Of a stretch of DNA of 64,000 bases, positions 36,860 through 47,791 are shown piece after piece (positions within the stretch are counted from its first letter, which is position 1; each line of letters opens with the position of its first letter). Made by a program: the position numbers and the translations under genes. Source of the DNA: Takakia lepidozioides (Eukaryota > Plantae > Bryophyta); contig CM060732.1 in the NCBI GenBank assembly GCA_030704615.1, positions 75,950,001 to 76,014,000 on the forward strand, read 5' to 3'. The notes under the pieces were generated by a model. That model was not told where the DNA came from, did not search any database, and saw only the letters and a list, made by a program, of their open reading frames with translations.

Positions 36860-39800
36860 CTAGATTTCCAATTGTGAAATTTCTTGGCCCTCTCTTTCCC
36901 TTTCCAACATTAGCCGCATCTGCCCCTGGACTCCGTTGACGATTTCTATGTTCTCATCTTCGTCTTTCTCCTCCTCGTCGTCCTCTTCTTGTTTCTCCTC
37001 CATTTCCTCGTCCTGATCCTTGTCCTGTCCTTCGTCATCATCTTCTTCGTCCACTTCGTCATCCTGCAATGAGTCTCCGTCATCTCCGTCTCATGCGATA
37101 GTCTGATTGTCAATCTGGAGGGTCCTGAAATAGGCCTCCACCTTGCTTCTACAAAATTTCTTTTTTGTTACAAAGTTTATGTCGAGCACGCGAATATTTC
37201 TTTCCAGCAATGAAACCAAACAATGATATCAAAATAAATCCGACGAACACCTACCATCGATAGATTGAAATGGTTAGGGTTTCTTTTGAGACAACTACCA
37301 AACATACCAATCTGCATAATAACAAACACCCAAAACACCCACAATTCCAATAACATGAACCTCCACTGCCCAGTGGAGGTTAACAAAATGGAACAATCAG
37401 ACACAGGTTAAACACGCTTTTCCGACAACGTCAATAATACGAGAGTTAAATCCGGAAAACTGAAAACACAGACAATTCCAAGATGCAGAATCCGCTTACA
37501 AGCAGAACGTATGTCATTGCCAGTTCTCCGAAAATGTTCACACAAGACATCCCGTCCCTGCAAAAAAAAAAAACCAGGTAATCGTAGGTGTCCGGTGTCA
37601 GCTCATGATTGTAAGTCCTGCACTCCATCTCCTGCGAGGTCGGGTCTACATCTGGTCCTTGGATAACGGGATTAATTGGGTCCGGCGATAACAAAACAGT
37701 TTGAATGTGGTTGTCCGGATTCACCATCTCCTCAGCTGTTGCCGGAAATACGTAGTCGAGGCAGAGGACCGTCCGGGAGAAAATAGTCGTGCAGCTCTTG
37801 TAAGGTGATTCAAACTTGTCAGGAATGTAATAACCCTATCGGATAATAAACGATTTTGATCCAGGGCCATTCCGGATGTATGACACAAGATTTCCCGATG
37901 ATTTCTGTATGGAGAAAAACACAAAAGCACTGGACATGAGCTGCCGAGCCACAAAAGTATCCAAGATATTTGAGTAGTCCTTTGTCTCGAAGACAACAGA
38001 GTCATCATCACAAACTGTATTGACGAACACCATCGATATGTCGTCGAATTGTTTCTTCGATGCAAGTCCCAACCATGATCTGGCATCAGCAAATTTCTGG
38101 TTCCCTCCCCAGCTGTGTGTAATGGGACCTGAAGCTCGTGCGTAGAATCACCAGGGCATTCTGGTTATCCTCAAAGGTCTGCTTGCACGACAAGTCATAC
38201 TTCTTGAAGGCAACAGTCACTGGCTGCGTCTCCATATTCATCTTATGTTTGCTAACAATGTAGTCGTTCCCGAGCCTATCTCGAAATGTTTCAAACTCAG
38301 CTTTGTTGAAGTTGTATTTTTTTTTAACATCACGCCATTCATGTTTGGTATACGGTTCCGGGTTCTGTCTGCTCCTCCGAGGCCACCCTAAGACTTCCAT
38401 TACATCGTCGATAATAAACCGTCGCAATTTCATTTGGTCAATATACGCGCTCATTGTGTTTTTGGATTTGTCCGCGCCCTTGAATTTCGTTCCCCAAATG
38501 CAAATGTCTCTGTTTAGGATTTTCTCCGCCACTCTTTTCAACTGCCTGGTATTAAATCCTTGCAGTTTCGCGATAGCGGTTTTATTCAGCGGTAGCTGTT
38601 CACCCTTGCACTGAATCTCGAAAATATCAATAAGCTTATCTTGTTCCCACTGTTTGAAAACCTCCTCCCACAGGTTCCATACGTCTTCTTCACAGAGAAC
38701 CAGAACCATGGCCTCTTTCACGCTACTCATCTCTAGTATGAGTTGACATGCTTGCATAAATTCCTACGAAAAATATCAAGGCCAAAGTTAGAAATTTCAT
38801 TCAATATTTGATATTAATCTTGAGATGAAACAATAGTCACAACTATCTTGTCAATTATACTATACACCAAGTGATGATTCGATTGTGAATTCATCTTCGT
38901 CCATCTTGTTGTGCCTTGTAATTTGAAGCTCTTTCTGTAGTGTCTCCTGCCTCGGAATGCGGTGCTCCTCCAAGTCAAATTTGTCCAATTTGTTCATGTT
39001 CTCCACCAGGAACAGTTCTAAGAGTGTACCTAGAAAATCCTTGAAAAACCCAATGAGCATGAAAAGTTTTGGAAGCGTTCTCCGTAACATCACGTTTTCA
39101 TGATCATATGATGTTTCAAGTATTTTTGCGGCACATTTGCGAAACTGTTACAGGTGGAGAACATAAATAGATTGGGAAAATAAGAACTGGACAAGCACCT
39201 CATTACCAAACAAGACACATTACAAAAGACCCTATCATGTCGAATTTCCGAATGTTGAACCATCCTGCTCGTTCATTGTAGCACCCTCCCTCCCTTAAGA
39301 AGCTATTTTTGTACTGTCTACTGCTTCGTAATGCGGTCTCCGTTCGTCACATTAAATCCAAGCTTGAGAATATTTTGGTTCTCTAACAAAAGGAACGGAA
39401 AACACAATGAATCATTTACCTTCCATTGTCTAGTCTCCGACTTCGTTGTGTGATCGTTGTACTTTTTCGGCCTCCCCCTCAGCTCGAAGAAATTTCGGGC
39501 ATGTGCAACTTTCTCGGGAAATGTTGTGTCAAATCTCTGTGCCTTATTCGGGTCGTTTAGGAGCTTAGATAGCTTCACGAGCCTCATCAGATCCTTTGAC
39601 CATATAATCTTTGAGGGCCAATCAGTGTAGTACTTCTTAAGATTGTCATCGTCTACGTCTTGCACAAGTTCCTGCGACAGAATTGAATAAGGTCAGAAAT
39701 GATATTTACCTAACAAGCATGTTGTTTAAAGTTCATGAACCTCCACTGTCCAGTGGAGGTTCATGTTGTTACAAAAATTGGAATTTGTCGGGAGATATAC

Positions 39801-40854
39801 CTTGGCAGCAATGATCGTGTGTTGTCCACCGATGACGAAGAATCTGGAATTTTCCACCTCCTTCCAGTTTCGAGGTTTCGAACTAGAAACCTCCATAGGC
39901 TTCTCGGGGTTTGCGAGAATCAAATAAACTGGATGTTTGGAGTCGAATAACCGGAGCTGGTAAAGATGCGTTTTGACTTCGTCTTTGTGCTTCACATTTA
40001 GGGGCATGTACACCATATCTCTGGGAGCAAGCTCCATCATGGAAACTTTGACGTCCTGGGTCGCCTCAAACCCAAAAAGAAACATGTCATTGTAGTCTTG
40101 CTCCAACCTCTCCAACATCTTCTCACACTTGTCTTTGTTGAATATGTCTGCAGCCTTGGGTTTCTTGGTATCCGTCATGAACGTAGGATCAATCTCCTCC
40201 TTTTGTTTCTTCTTTCCCCCTGATGTACCAGCTTCATTGTCATCACCACCGGCATCAATGGATTTCCGTTTTCCCTTCTTTGGCTTCGCTCTTGCAGCCT
40301 CCTCCTCCCGCGTCTTTGCAATCTCCTTACCCTTTAAGTAAAGCACATCCAAGAAAATACCCCAAGCGATGCAAAAACCTTCATCTGTAAATTGAGTACC
40401 CTCGCCGCAATATGTGAACCCCGCCCGAATGGACTCTCTCATCATGGCCTTCCTTAGAATTCGTACCTCCAGTTTGAAGCCAAACGTTCTGGGAAATCTA
40501 CCATCTTTCATCTTCCATCATGAACATTACCAACATTGGAAATTCCACATCCATCTCCAGCTCTACGTCGACCACATCTGCATATTTGAGCTCGGCGACC
40601 TCTGCACCAATCTTGTATTGGAACCGGAACTTATGGTCCGGAGGTGTGCCAACGGGTACAATGCCCCATTCTGTGATCTCCGGGTTCAGCTCAAAAATTG
40701 CCAGGTGATCATTCTTGAAATTCAGAGATTTTCGAGAAACAAATGAACCATAGATAGGTTTGCACATTCCAACAATACAATCCCTCGGGGTAATGTTGTT
40801 GTCCACAGAACAAACCACCTCGGTCCTCAGACACATATCATGACAACCATACAA
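36860..40854 (-). pseudogene. Cargo: multi-exon ParB/Srx-like domain protein fused to a degenerate N6/N4-methyltransferase-like domain and an acidic tail (copy A)
   Basis: Basic NLS-like KPKKGKRK; ParB-like FFVIGGQHTIIAAK followed by a GT-AG intron (39672-39800). After splicing the intron starting at ~37499 the C-terminal region reads ELTPDTYDYLVFFFCRDGMSCVNIFG(G/E)LAMTYVLL-ERNIRVLDIN, resembling the beta-class MTase xKPxxLxxxLIxxxSxxGDxVLDPFxGSGxTxxAAxxxxRxxIGIE. D/E-rich tail at 36950-37090. The copies have different frameshifts/stops. Confidence 0.55.
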
Positions 40855-41556
40855 GATTCCCAGGAAGTAACCTCCATTGTCCAGTGGAGGTTCAACAATT
40901 CATACGCTCATAGCTGACAGATAAAAGAGTTCAATTCAGGAGGAGAAAACGATTTCACTTATAAGAAGAATAATACATTTATTCAGAGAAGGCTCGTCTC
41001 GCCATTCCATACATCATGCGGTCTCAAAATTGTTCCTATAACGAATATATAATTTCTACAAGAAATCGATATTCTTTTGTAAGATGAGTTTCATCTACAG
41101 GAAAATCTACTTATTTGTCATCTGCATGTTTAGAAATTACAGTCCAATACTCTCCGTCTTCTGTATTTCGTTATATTTGAAGTCGTGGACCTCCACTGGA
41201 CAGTCGCATCAATGCTCACATCCATCCGTCATTACAATTATTCATCCACTTAACCATGTTCATCCACTAATATTCATCCGTCCGACTTTTTCATTTGTAT
41301 CTCATCTAACCTCCAATGTATAGTGGAGGTTATATAATTAGACACAATCTTCAAATGACATGTTCCAGACCAAACAACAATTCCATTTCTATTCTACTTC
41401 TCTGAAACGTTCATACGCGAGTGTATTTCCTTTTATTGAATTGATTCATCTCTGAATATAGTCTTCACTCATATTGCTTTTTACTGTCAGTAAGGTCGTT
41501 ACGGAGGGGTTTCCAGTTTCTTGAACCTCGCGTGTGCAGTGGAGGTTTCGGTGATC

Positions 41557-44063
41557 ATGATTTTAGAGACGGGTCAAAGAGTGTTTCTTACTCTTCCCGG
41601 GTCCTCATCTCCAATAGCCACTGGGGACTGCCTTAATGTCTCCGGGGTTGGGACCTGTCATGGACAACAATTATCTTCCTCAACCATTTCAGTGGTTCTC
41701 ATCTCCTGTGATGAAGCACACTCATTATGTCCTCTTCCTTATGGACATATGGATGCTGACACCTTGAAGGAGGCCATTGGGACCCCGGTGATGTGGAATG
41801 TTGGCGAAGTTCTTGCGGAGAATAACGAGTATCAAGGAGGGCCTAACATGAATCCTGATTTTATGCCGCAAACAAGAGATACTGCCGAGAATTCTGACGA
41901 CAACGAGGATGAATCAAACCACAGACCATCGAAGAGTTCTGGGAATCCGAGCGGAGGACTCGGAAGAAACAACTGGAGAAACTTGCAGTGCGTACTGTTG
42001 GGTGATGATGGGGTTGCACTATTCGAGGGGGGATTCAAGCCTGCATTCCGGACGAGGTGATCCTCAATGACAAACTAGGAGAGGACGATGTTGGAGTTCT
42101 TGTCACCAGAATACTTTCTGGAGGTTCTGGATCTTTGACGTCTCTTGTAAAATGGCCTTTAACAAAAACACGACTTTTGGAAAGTGGGAAACTACTCTCA
42201 AATGATCTGGAGAATTTTATTAGATCCTCTGACAGTATCTTGTACGAAGATCACGAGGCAGGTGTGAAGAAAACGGCGTATCAGCATTTTACGAGAAAGA
42301 AGAGGGATCGAGATTTGGAACACTCCAAAAAAAGAATGAAGAATCTTACTCTGGATGAAGTCCGGTCCGTGAGCAGCAAACCTTGCCGCAGACTTCACTG
42401 CTATTAATATTTTGATTGGCGAAAAACCTTGGCTATCCGTACTTCTTTTTGGGGATCCACTTTCGATGAGAGGAGAGAACACGGACTGAATGTTTCAAAA
42501 CGACTTCACACGGTGATGGAGCTTACGGTCAGTATTCTCTTGAGTTCTGGAAGGGAAATTCAAACTTTACAATTGGTTCTTTGGCACGTTGCCTGCGCCA
42601 GCTGGAGAAGCCAACCTGTCGCGAGTCCAGGAACATTTTCGATTACCGACTTCAAAACGAGTTCTTCGAATCACTTTTAAGAGGTAAATCAAGATGTTTG
42701 GATGCTCTTAAACCCTGCAGGGCAGAAGACAAACGTGGTGCTCGTCCACTTCTGAGAAGACTGTACTTGCAAATGGACAACTCTGCGAAGGACAATAAGA
42801 ACAGATGGATGCTTGCTTTTCTATCCCTCCTGATCGCCAAAGATGTTTTTGAAGAAATCCAGCTAGGGTTCCTAATGGTCGGGGACACCCATGAGGACAT
42901 CGACGGGTTATTCAGCTACCTTTCGAAGAAGCTGAAGGAACGAAGTACCTACATTCTTTCAGATTTGATGAGGTCTTTTATGACCTCGCAAGATCTGCAG
43001 TTCATTCCACAGATTATTCAGGAGGTTCCCGACTTCAAGAATTTTGTCAAGGGCTGTATTCTGGATGGCAAGGAGGCGTTGGTCGGGATTTCAGAGATGC
43101 ACATCTTCCGTTTTTTTAAGGATGCGGAGGGCTGGCCCATCATGAAGTACAAGAAGTCCGCTACTGATTCGGATTGGCTTCCAACAAACAATAGCGTGAA
43201 GATGTGGAAGTCCAATCCTGACGGGACTCCGAAGCTCCTGAAGGAGACCCATACGCCGTTCCAAGGAGACCTATATGGGGAGTCGGGGACGACTCCTCCG
43301 ACAGTCATTCATTAAGAATGGAATAAAAAAATAGAGGGATTTTTGGATGAAATGAATGATGCTTGACGATCATTACAGAGGTCGAATGGAACAATACGAC
43401 CAGTACTAGGGAAACATTCTTGCCGAGCTGGATAAGCCAATTCCAGAAGCTCCCGACCGTATTCAGCTTCTTGAGGGATTCTGGCCAAAAACAAATTGGT
43501 CCAAGAATCATCACAGAGATGGAATCCATCCACATATATTGCCAGATGTGGAAGAAGAGGATGAAATCCTAGAACCTTACTGTGGCCCGAGGTGTGAGCG
43601 ACCAAGAATATCCCTGAATCCGTTCAAGGATATTGAAAAATGGTTTTTTGTGCTCGTTCGCCCTTATGACCCAAGTACGTGCCCGGTCTGGATGGGGGTG
43701 GCAATATCTGACGTGATCCGCGAAAGGGAGGATCCTAATTTCAAGAAGGTGAAGGTGGAGTGGTGGAGACCGAGAAAATGTGGTAACCCAACAGACTTGG
43801 AAAGGTATAGGGACTGTTGGTCAAAACTTTGGGAGTATAACTCGTCAGATCCTTCTCAATGGATCCACGTGAACAATGTTGTGTGGACAATGCCTCCATG
43901 AAAAAATACGACAAAGAATAGCACTAAGAGAATTACTGTCGCCGAAGCAGTGAAGGCGCACGCTAATTTGGAGGAGACTAATCGTCAGTCAGAAAACGAG
44001 TCGTGCGAGCGAGTTCCAGACCAAGGACATATTGTTGAGGTCAACTCCAGTACTTCGATTTAA
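41557..44063 (+). pseudogene. DDE-type transposase, Sola1/DUF7869-like, decayed
   Basis: RRLYLQMDNSAKDNKNRWMLAFLSLLIAKDVFEEIQLGFLMVGDTHEDIDGLFSYLS (the DNxxxxNKN...G[H]THEDID signature). Two N-terminal Tnp1/En-Spm-like domains, a Cys-rich region, and a C-terminal Tudor/SH3-like FVLVRP...PVWMG...VKVEWWRP. Frameshifts near 42030 and 43250, stops, and an apparent internal deletion near 42520-42570. Confidence 0.8.
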
Positions 44064-44759
44064 GAAATAAAATTTTCTTCTCTATATGGCCCTTCTTGTT
44101 TGCATTAGGGGATCTTTTTTCTTATCTTCTTATGTCGCAATGAACCTCGAATGTCCAGTGGACGTTCTCGTCCTTTGTTTCTGGTTTGCTAAAAGCTGGC
44201 CTGCTGTACGTCCTGGTCAACAAAGATGACCCTGTGGGGGAGTTTCGCCTACATAACATATGGATCACAAGAACAAAATGGGCGGGCACGACCACTGGAG
44301 TCTTCAAATTTTGTCAAAGAGGTTTTTAACAACGGAAGAAAATAGCCCCATTTCCAGTCTTTCTCTGAAACATTGGACTTGCTTTTTGCATAACCAATTC
44401 TCCCACTGAAATCTCCCACTAGGAGGAGCCTTACTCAATCGTTGTTGACATACAGTTCTTCAATTTGCCAGTCCTCAAGTTTTTCTATGAGGTTTTATTC
44501 CATTTTCCCTCGAAGCTTTACGACTTTTCTACACCAAATTTTCATTTCATTTTCATACTTCTCATCTTTGGCCCTGGTTTAAGAGGGAATTTCACATGTC
44601 ATTTTCCGTTGTTCAAATTTTAAGCAATTTTTATTTCTCATAGTTTTTATTTGGTGGTCTGACTTTTTATCCTTTCTCATGTTTTCTTCAGATCCATTTT
44701 CTCCCATGAGATCCAGGCGCTTCCAAAAGTCGTTTATAACGCCATTTTCTTTCCAAATC

Positions 44760-46400
44760 TATTCATACCATAACCATAGCCATAACCATAACCATTATGA
44801 TTAATATTGAAATGTCTTATCCCTTCACATTTGCACTAGTTTTTTTCTTTGTTTTGGATTGACATGCATTTAGGCATGTTAAAGTTTGCTTTCTATGTTA
44901 CATCTTAATACTAGGTCCAGGTTCCAACAACGAGTCTTTCATTTAGATACTTGTCCATAATATTAGGTTCTTCATTTTTTTTTGCTTACTAGTACCCTAC
45001 TAACAACACTAAGTTCTAGCGAAGTCTGGAGTTTTCCATAAGGCTTAGTGTTTGTCTATTTTGTAACTTAAACAAAAACCCTAAACCCTTACCCTAAACC
45101 CTTACTAGAAAACCCTAAACATTTATCCTTAACCCAATACCCCAGAACCATTTCCCTTCCCTTTGCAAATGGGAATCAACTATCCATACCATAATTATAA
45201 CCATTTTGGTTATCCAAATCTCTTCAATATAACCAAATTTCCATTTTGTACCATACTAACACACACTAAGTTGTAGCGAGTGCGAGTCTTCCGGCATGTA
45301 TGCTCACCATTTCTGCCTTCAACCCAAGCCCTAAACCCTCGTCGAAAACCCTAAGAAAAACCCTACGCCATTGTTACGTCTAAACCCTTACCCTTCCCTT
45401 GCAACTGGGAATGAAGTATCCATACCATAACCATAATTATTTATGGTTATTCAAATCTCTTCGCCCTTCACCTTGCGCAAGGTTTTGCTTTTGGTTTGGA
45501 TTGACATGCACTTACATTTTTTTATCGAACTTTGCTTTCTATGTATCTTAATACCAGGTTCCAAGGACGAGTCTTTCATTTAAATACTTGTCTGATGCAA
45601 TGACTACACTTCCATAATATTAGGTTCTTCATTTTTATTTTGCTTAGTACTACAGGCTTACTAACAACACTAAGTTGTAGCGAGTGCGAGTCTTCCGGCA
45701 TGTATGCTCACCATTTATGCCTTCAACCCAAACCCTAAACCCTCGTCGGGAACCCTAAACAAAACCCTACGCCATTGTTACGTCTAAACCCTTACCCTTC
45801 CCTTGCAAATGGGAATGAAGTATCCATACAATAACCCTATGTATCTTCATACCAGAATCTAAGGACGAATCCTCAATCTAAATACTTCTCCGGCCCAACG
45901 ACTCTTCCATAATATTTGTTTCTCCATTTTTATTTTTATTTTTTATCCTACTAACACACACCAAGTTCTAGCGACTGTGAGTCTTCCACATTTGTTTGTC
46001 CAATAGTGTTCTTAAACCCCAACCGAAAAGCCTACCTATACCATCACCCCTAAACCATTAATTTTACCATAAACCAATAATTTTAGTGTACTACCCTAGT
46101 TACACTCCAAACCTTACCATGTTACCTCTTTTCAATGTTTCATGCTCTTTTAATAAAAAATTTGTTGGATAAGGTATGATAAAATGATTACAATGATATC
46201 AAATTCATCAACCATTTCTTAATTCTACCGAGTGTAAGTCCATCATATTTGTTTGTCCTTTTGTACCCTAAATCTAAACCCTAAACCCTTACCCTTACCG
46301 TAAACCCAAACCTTATTACACTTCTCTCTAGTTACACCCCAAACCTTATTGTACTACCCTAGTACCTCTTCCGAATGTTTCATGCTATTCTAATATTTTA
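44760..46400. repeat. Subterminal degenerate tandem repeats (~240-420-bp units) containing telomere-like AAACCCT runs
   Basis: Blocks CATACCATAACC, TTGGATTGACATGCA, CCATAATATTAGGTTC, CACTAAGTTGTAGCG, AAACCCTAAACCCT and TTCCCTTGCAAATGGGAAT recur 2-4 times in the same order. Confidence 0.8.
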
Positions 46401-46950
46401 CTGCCCTTGTCACATCCAAAACATGATTCATTCCAATGGCATGGTATGTAAACATTGTGCTTCATATGAAGATTCAATCAATAAAATTACTAGCAAGTTG
46501 TATCGAGTATGGTAGAGTAGGAGTTTGGCCCATGTTCGATGCGACCCATTTGTTTATCGTGATCCTACAATGGAATATCACTTTATTCGACTTCCAAGTG
46601 GACGTTCAATGAATTGTTCAATATTGCTACTTCACATTGAGCACTTCAATGTCAAATGGACCTCTTATATGACACATTTTGAAACAAGTATGACATCACA
46701 TGAAATTTCACAAAGTTCAATCATACATTACACCATGATATTATTAATATTTCAATTAATTTTAATACAAATATATATTAAGTTTAGTCCAGATTTAAGC
46801 CAAAAGTCCAGAATGAATTAAAATAGGGTTCGAGGAAGGAAATGGCTCGGGGGCTCTTTTTCGCCTCTTCGGTGCAGAACATTGTGCCAGCAGTTCAGGG
46901 TCACGCTGTGTCGATGTTGGAGATGTTTTGTCATTGAAAGACGGAGGAGT

Positions 46951-47791
46951 CGCTACAACAGATCGCGGTATTTATCACTGTATATATGACTATTCTGCAG
47001 TCATAAACGGTATATATGACTTCTATGACTGTAAGTCGTGCAAACCAAGTGAATACAATGAGTATATGATGGTATGGTCCAGATGACTACAGTCAGATGA
47101 ACCAAGTGATATCTGTCACTGCAATCATATATACCATACTGCAGTCGCCGCTGCCGCGCCACGTGGCGATGCGCAATTGATTATTATTATTTAAATAAAA
47201 ATAAAAATAAAAATGTCAGACGCCACGTCGCTCCGCGTTGCACCACGTGGCATAATGCAATTTTATAATAATAATAATAATAAACCACGTGGCAGCCCAT
47301 CTAGTGTATCACGTGCTATCTCTAACTCGTCTACTAACCCTAGGGCCATCATATCCATTTGATTGTGCTTAGAGGAGTTTGAACCTACAACCTCTTTGCT
47401 ATAAGATTTATAGTTCACTACCTGCTAACCAATACACCCATTGTTCATTCATGTGATCATATGGTGTTTTAATTGTATTATACACACCAAATTACAAAAT
47501 CCCCAGTAGTCCTCATGACTATGTAATCTCATCCATGTGCACTGTAGTCATGGAAATGACTATGAGTGGTGAGCAAAATCTGGTCAATTGTCGTTGACCA
47601 GCCTTCCGCTCATTCCGGAGCGATGTAGTCATACAAACGACTATTTAGATAGTCGTTCATATGACTATAGTCGTACGAACAACTGCGGGAGGTCAATTTC
47701 ATATAAAAAACATGGTGCAGTCATAGTCAAAGTCAGGAAAACCATGACTACCGCGGGTTGGCAGTCATAACTACTACAATCTGTTGTAGTG
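46951..47791. mobile_element. Non-autonomous CACTA/EnSpm-like element (841 bp) inserted in copy B
   Basis: TIRs CGCTACAACAGAT ... ATCTGTTGTAGTG (=CACTACAACAGAT, 1 mismatch), flanked by GAGT on both sides. Empty site in copy A at ~33275-33285. Many ATGACTA/TAGTCAT subterminal motifs. Confidence 0.88.

Larger units (their letters stand above)
31500..46830. mobile_element. Giant cargo-carrying TIR DNA transposon (Sola1/DUF7869-like transposase), copy A, ~15.3 kb
   Basis: Imperfect 30-bp TIRs (25/30): 31500-31529 AACAATATTTTAACTAATTATGGACTTTTG vs revcomp of 46801-46830 AACCCTATTTTAATTCATTCTGGACTTTTG. Both coincide with breakpoints in flanking sequence (Copia gag on the left, sibling copy B on the right). 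Contains a DDE transposase and a family-specific palindrome from end to end. No TSD is visible. Confidence 0.7.

Noticed and set aside
32500-40854. All cargo as one giant fused polypeptide
   Set aside because: Both copies have a stop after the acidic tail (LEI*), and the obvious HAD1-HAD2 splice sites are out of phase, so a single ORF cannot be supported.
44760-46400. True telomere or chromosome-fusion scar
   Set aside because: AAACCCT motifs occur only as 1-3 degenerate units embedded in longer repeats, not as a continuous tract.
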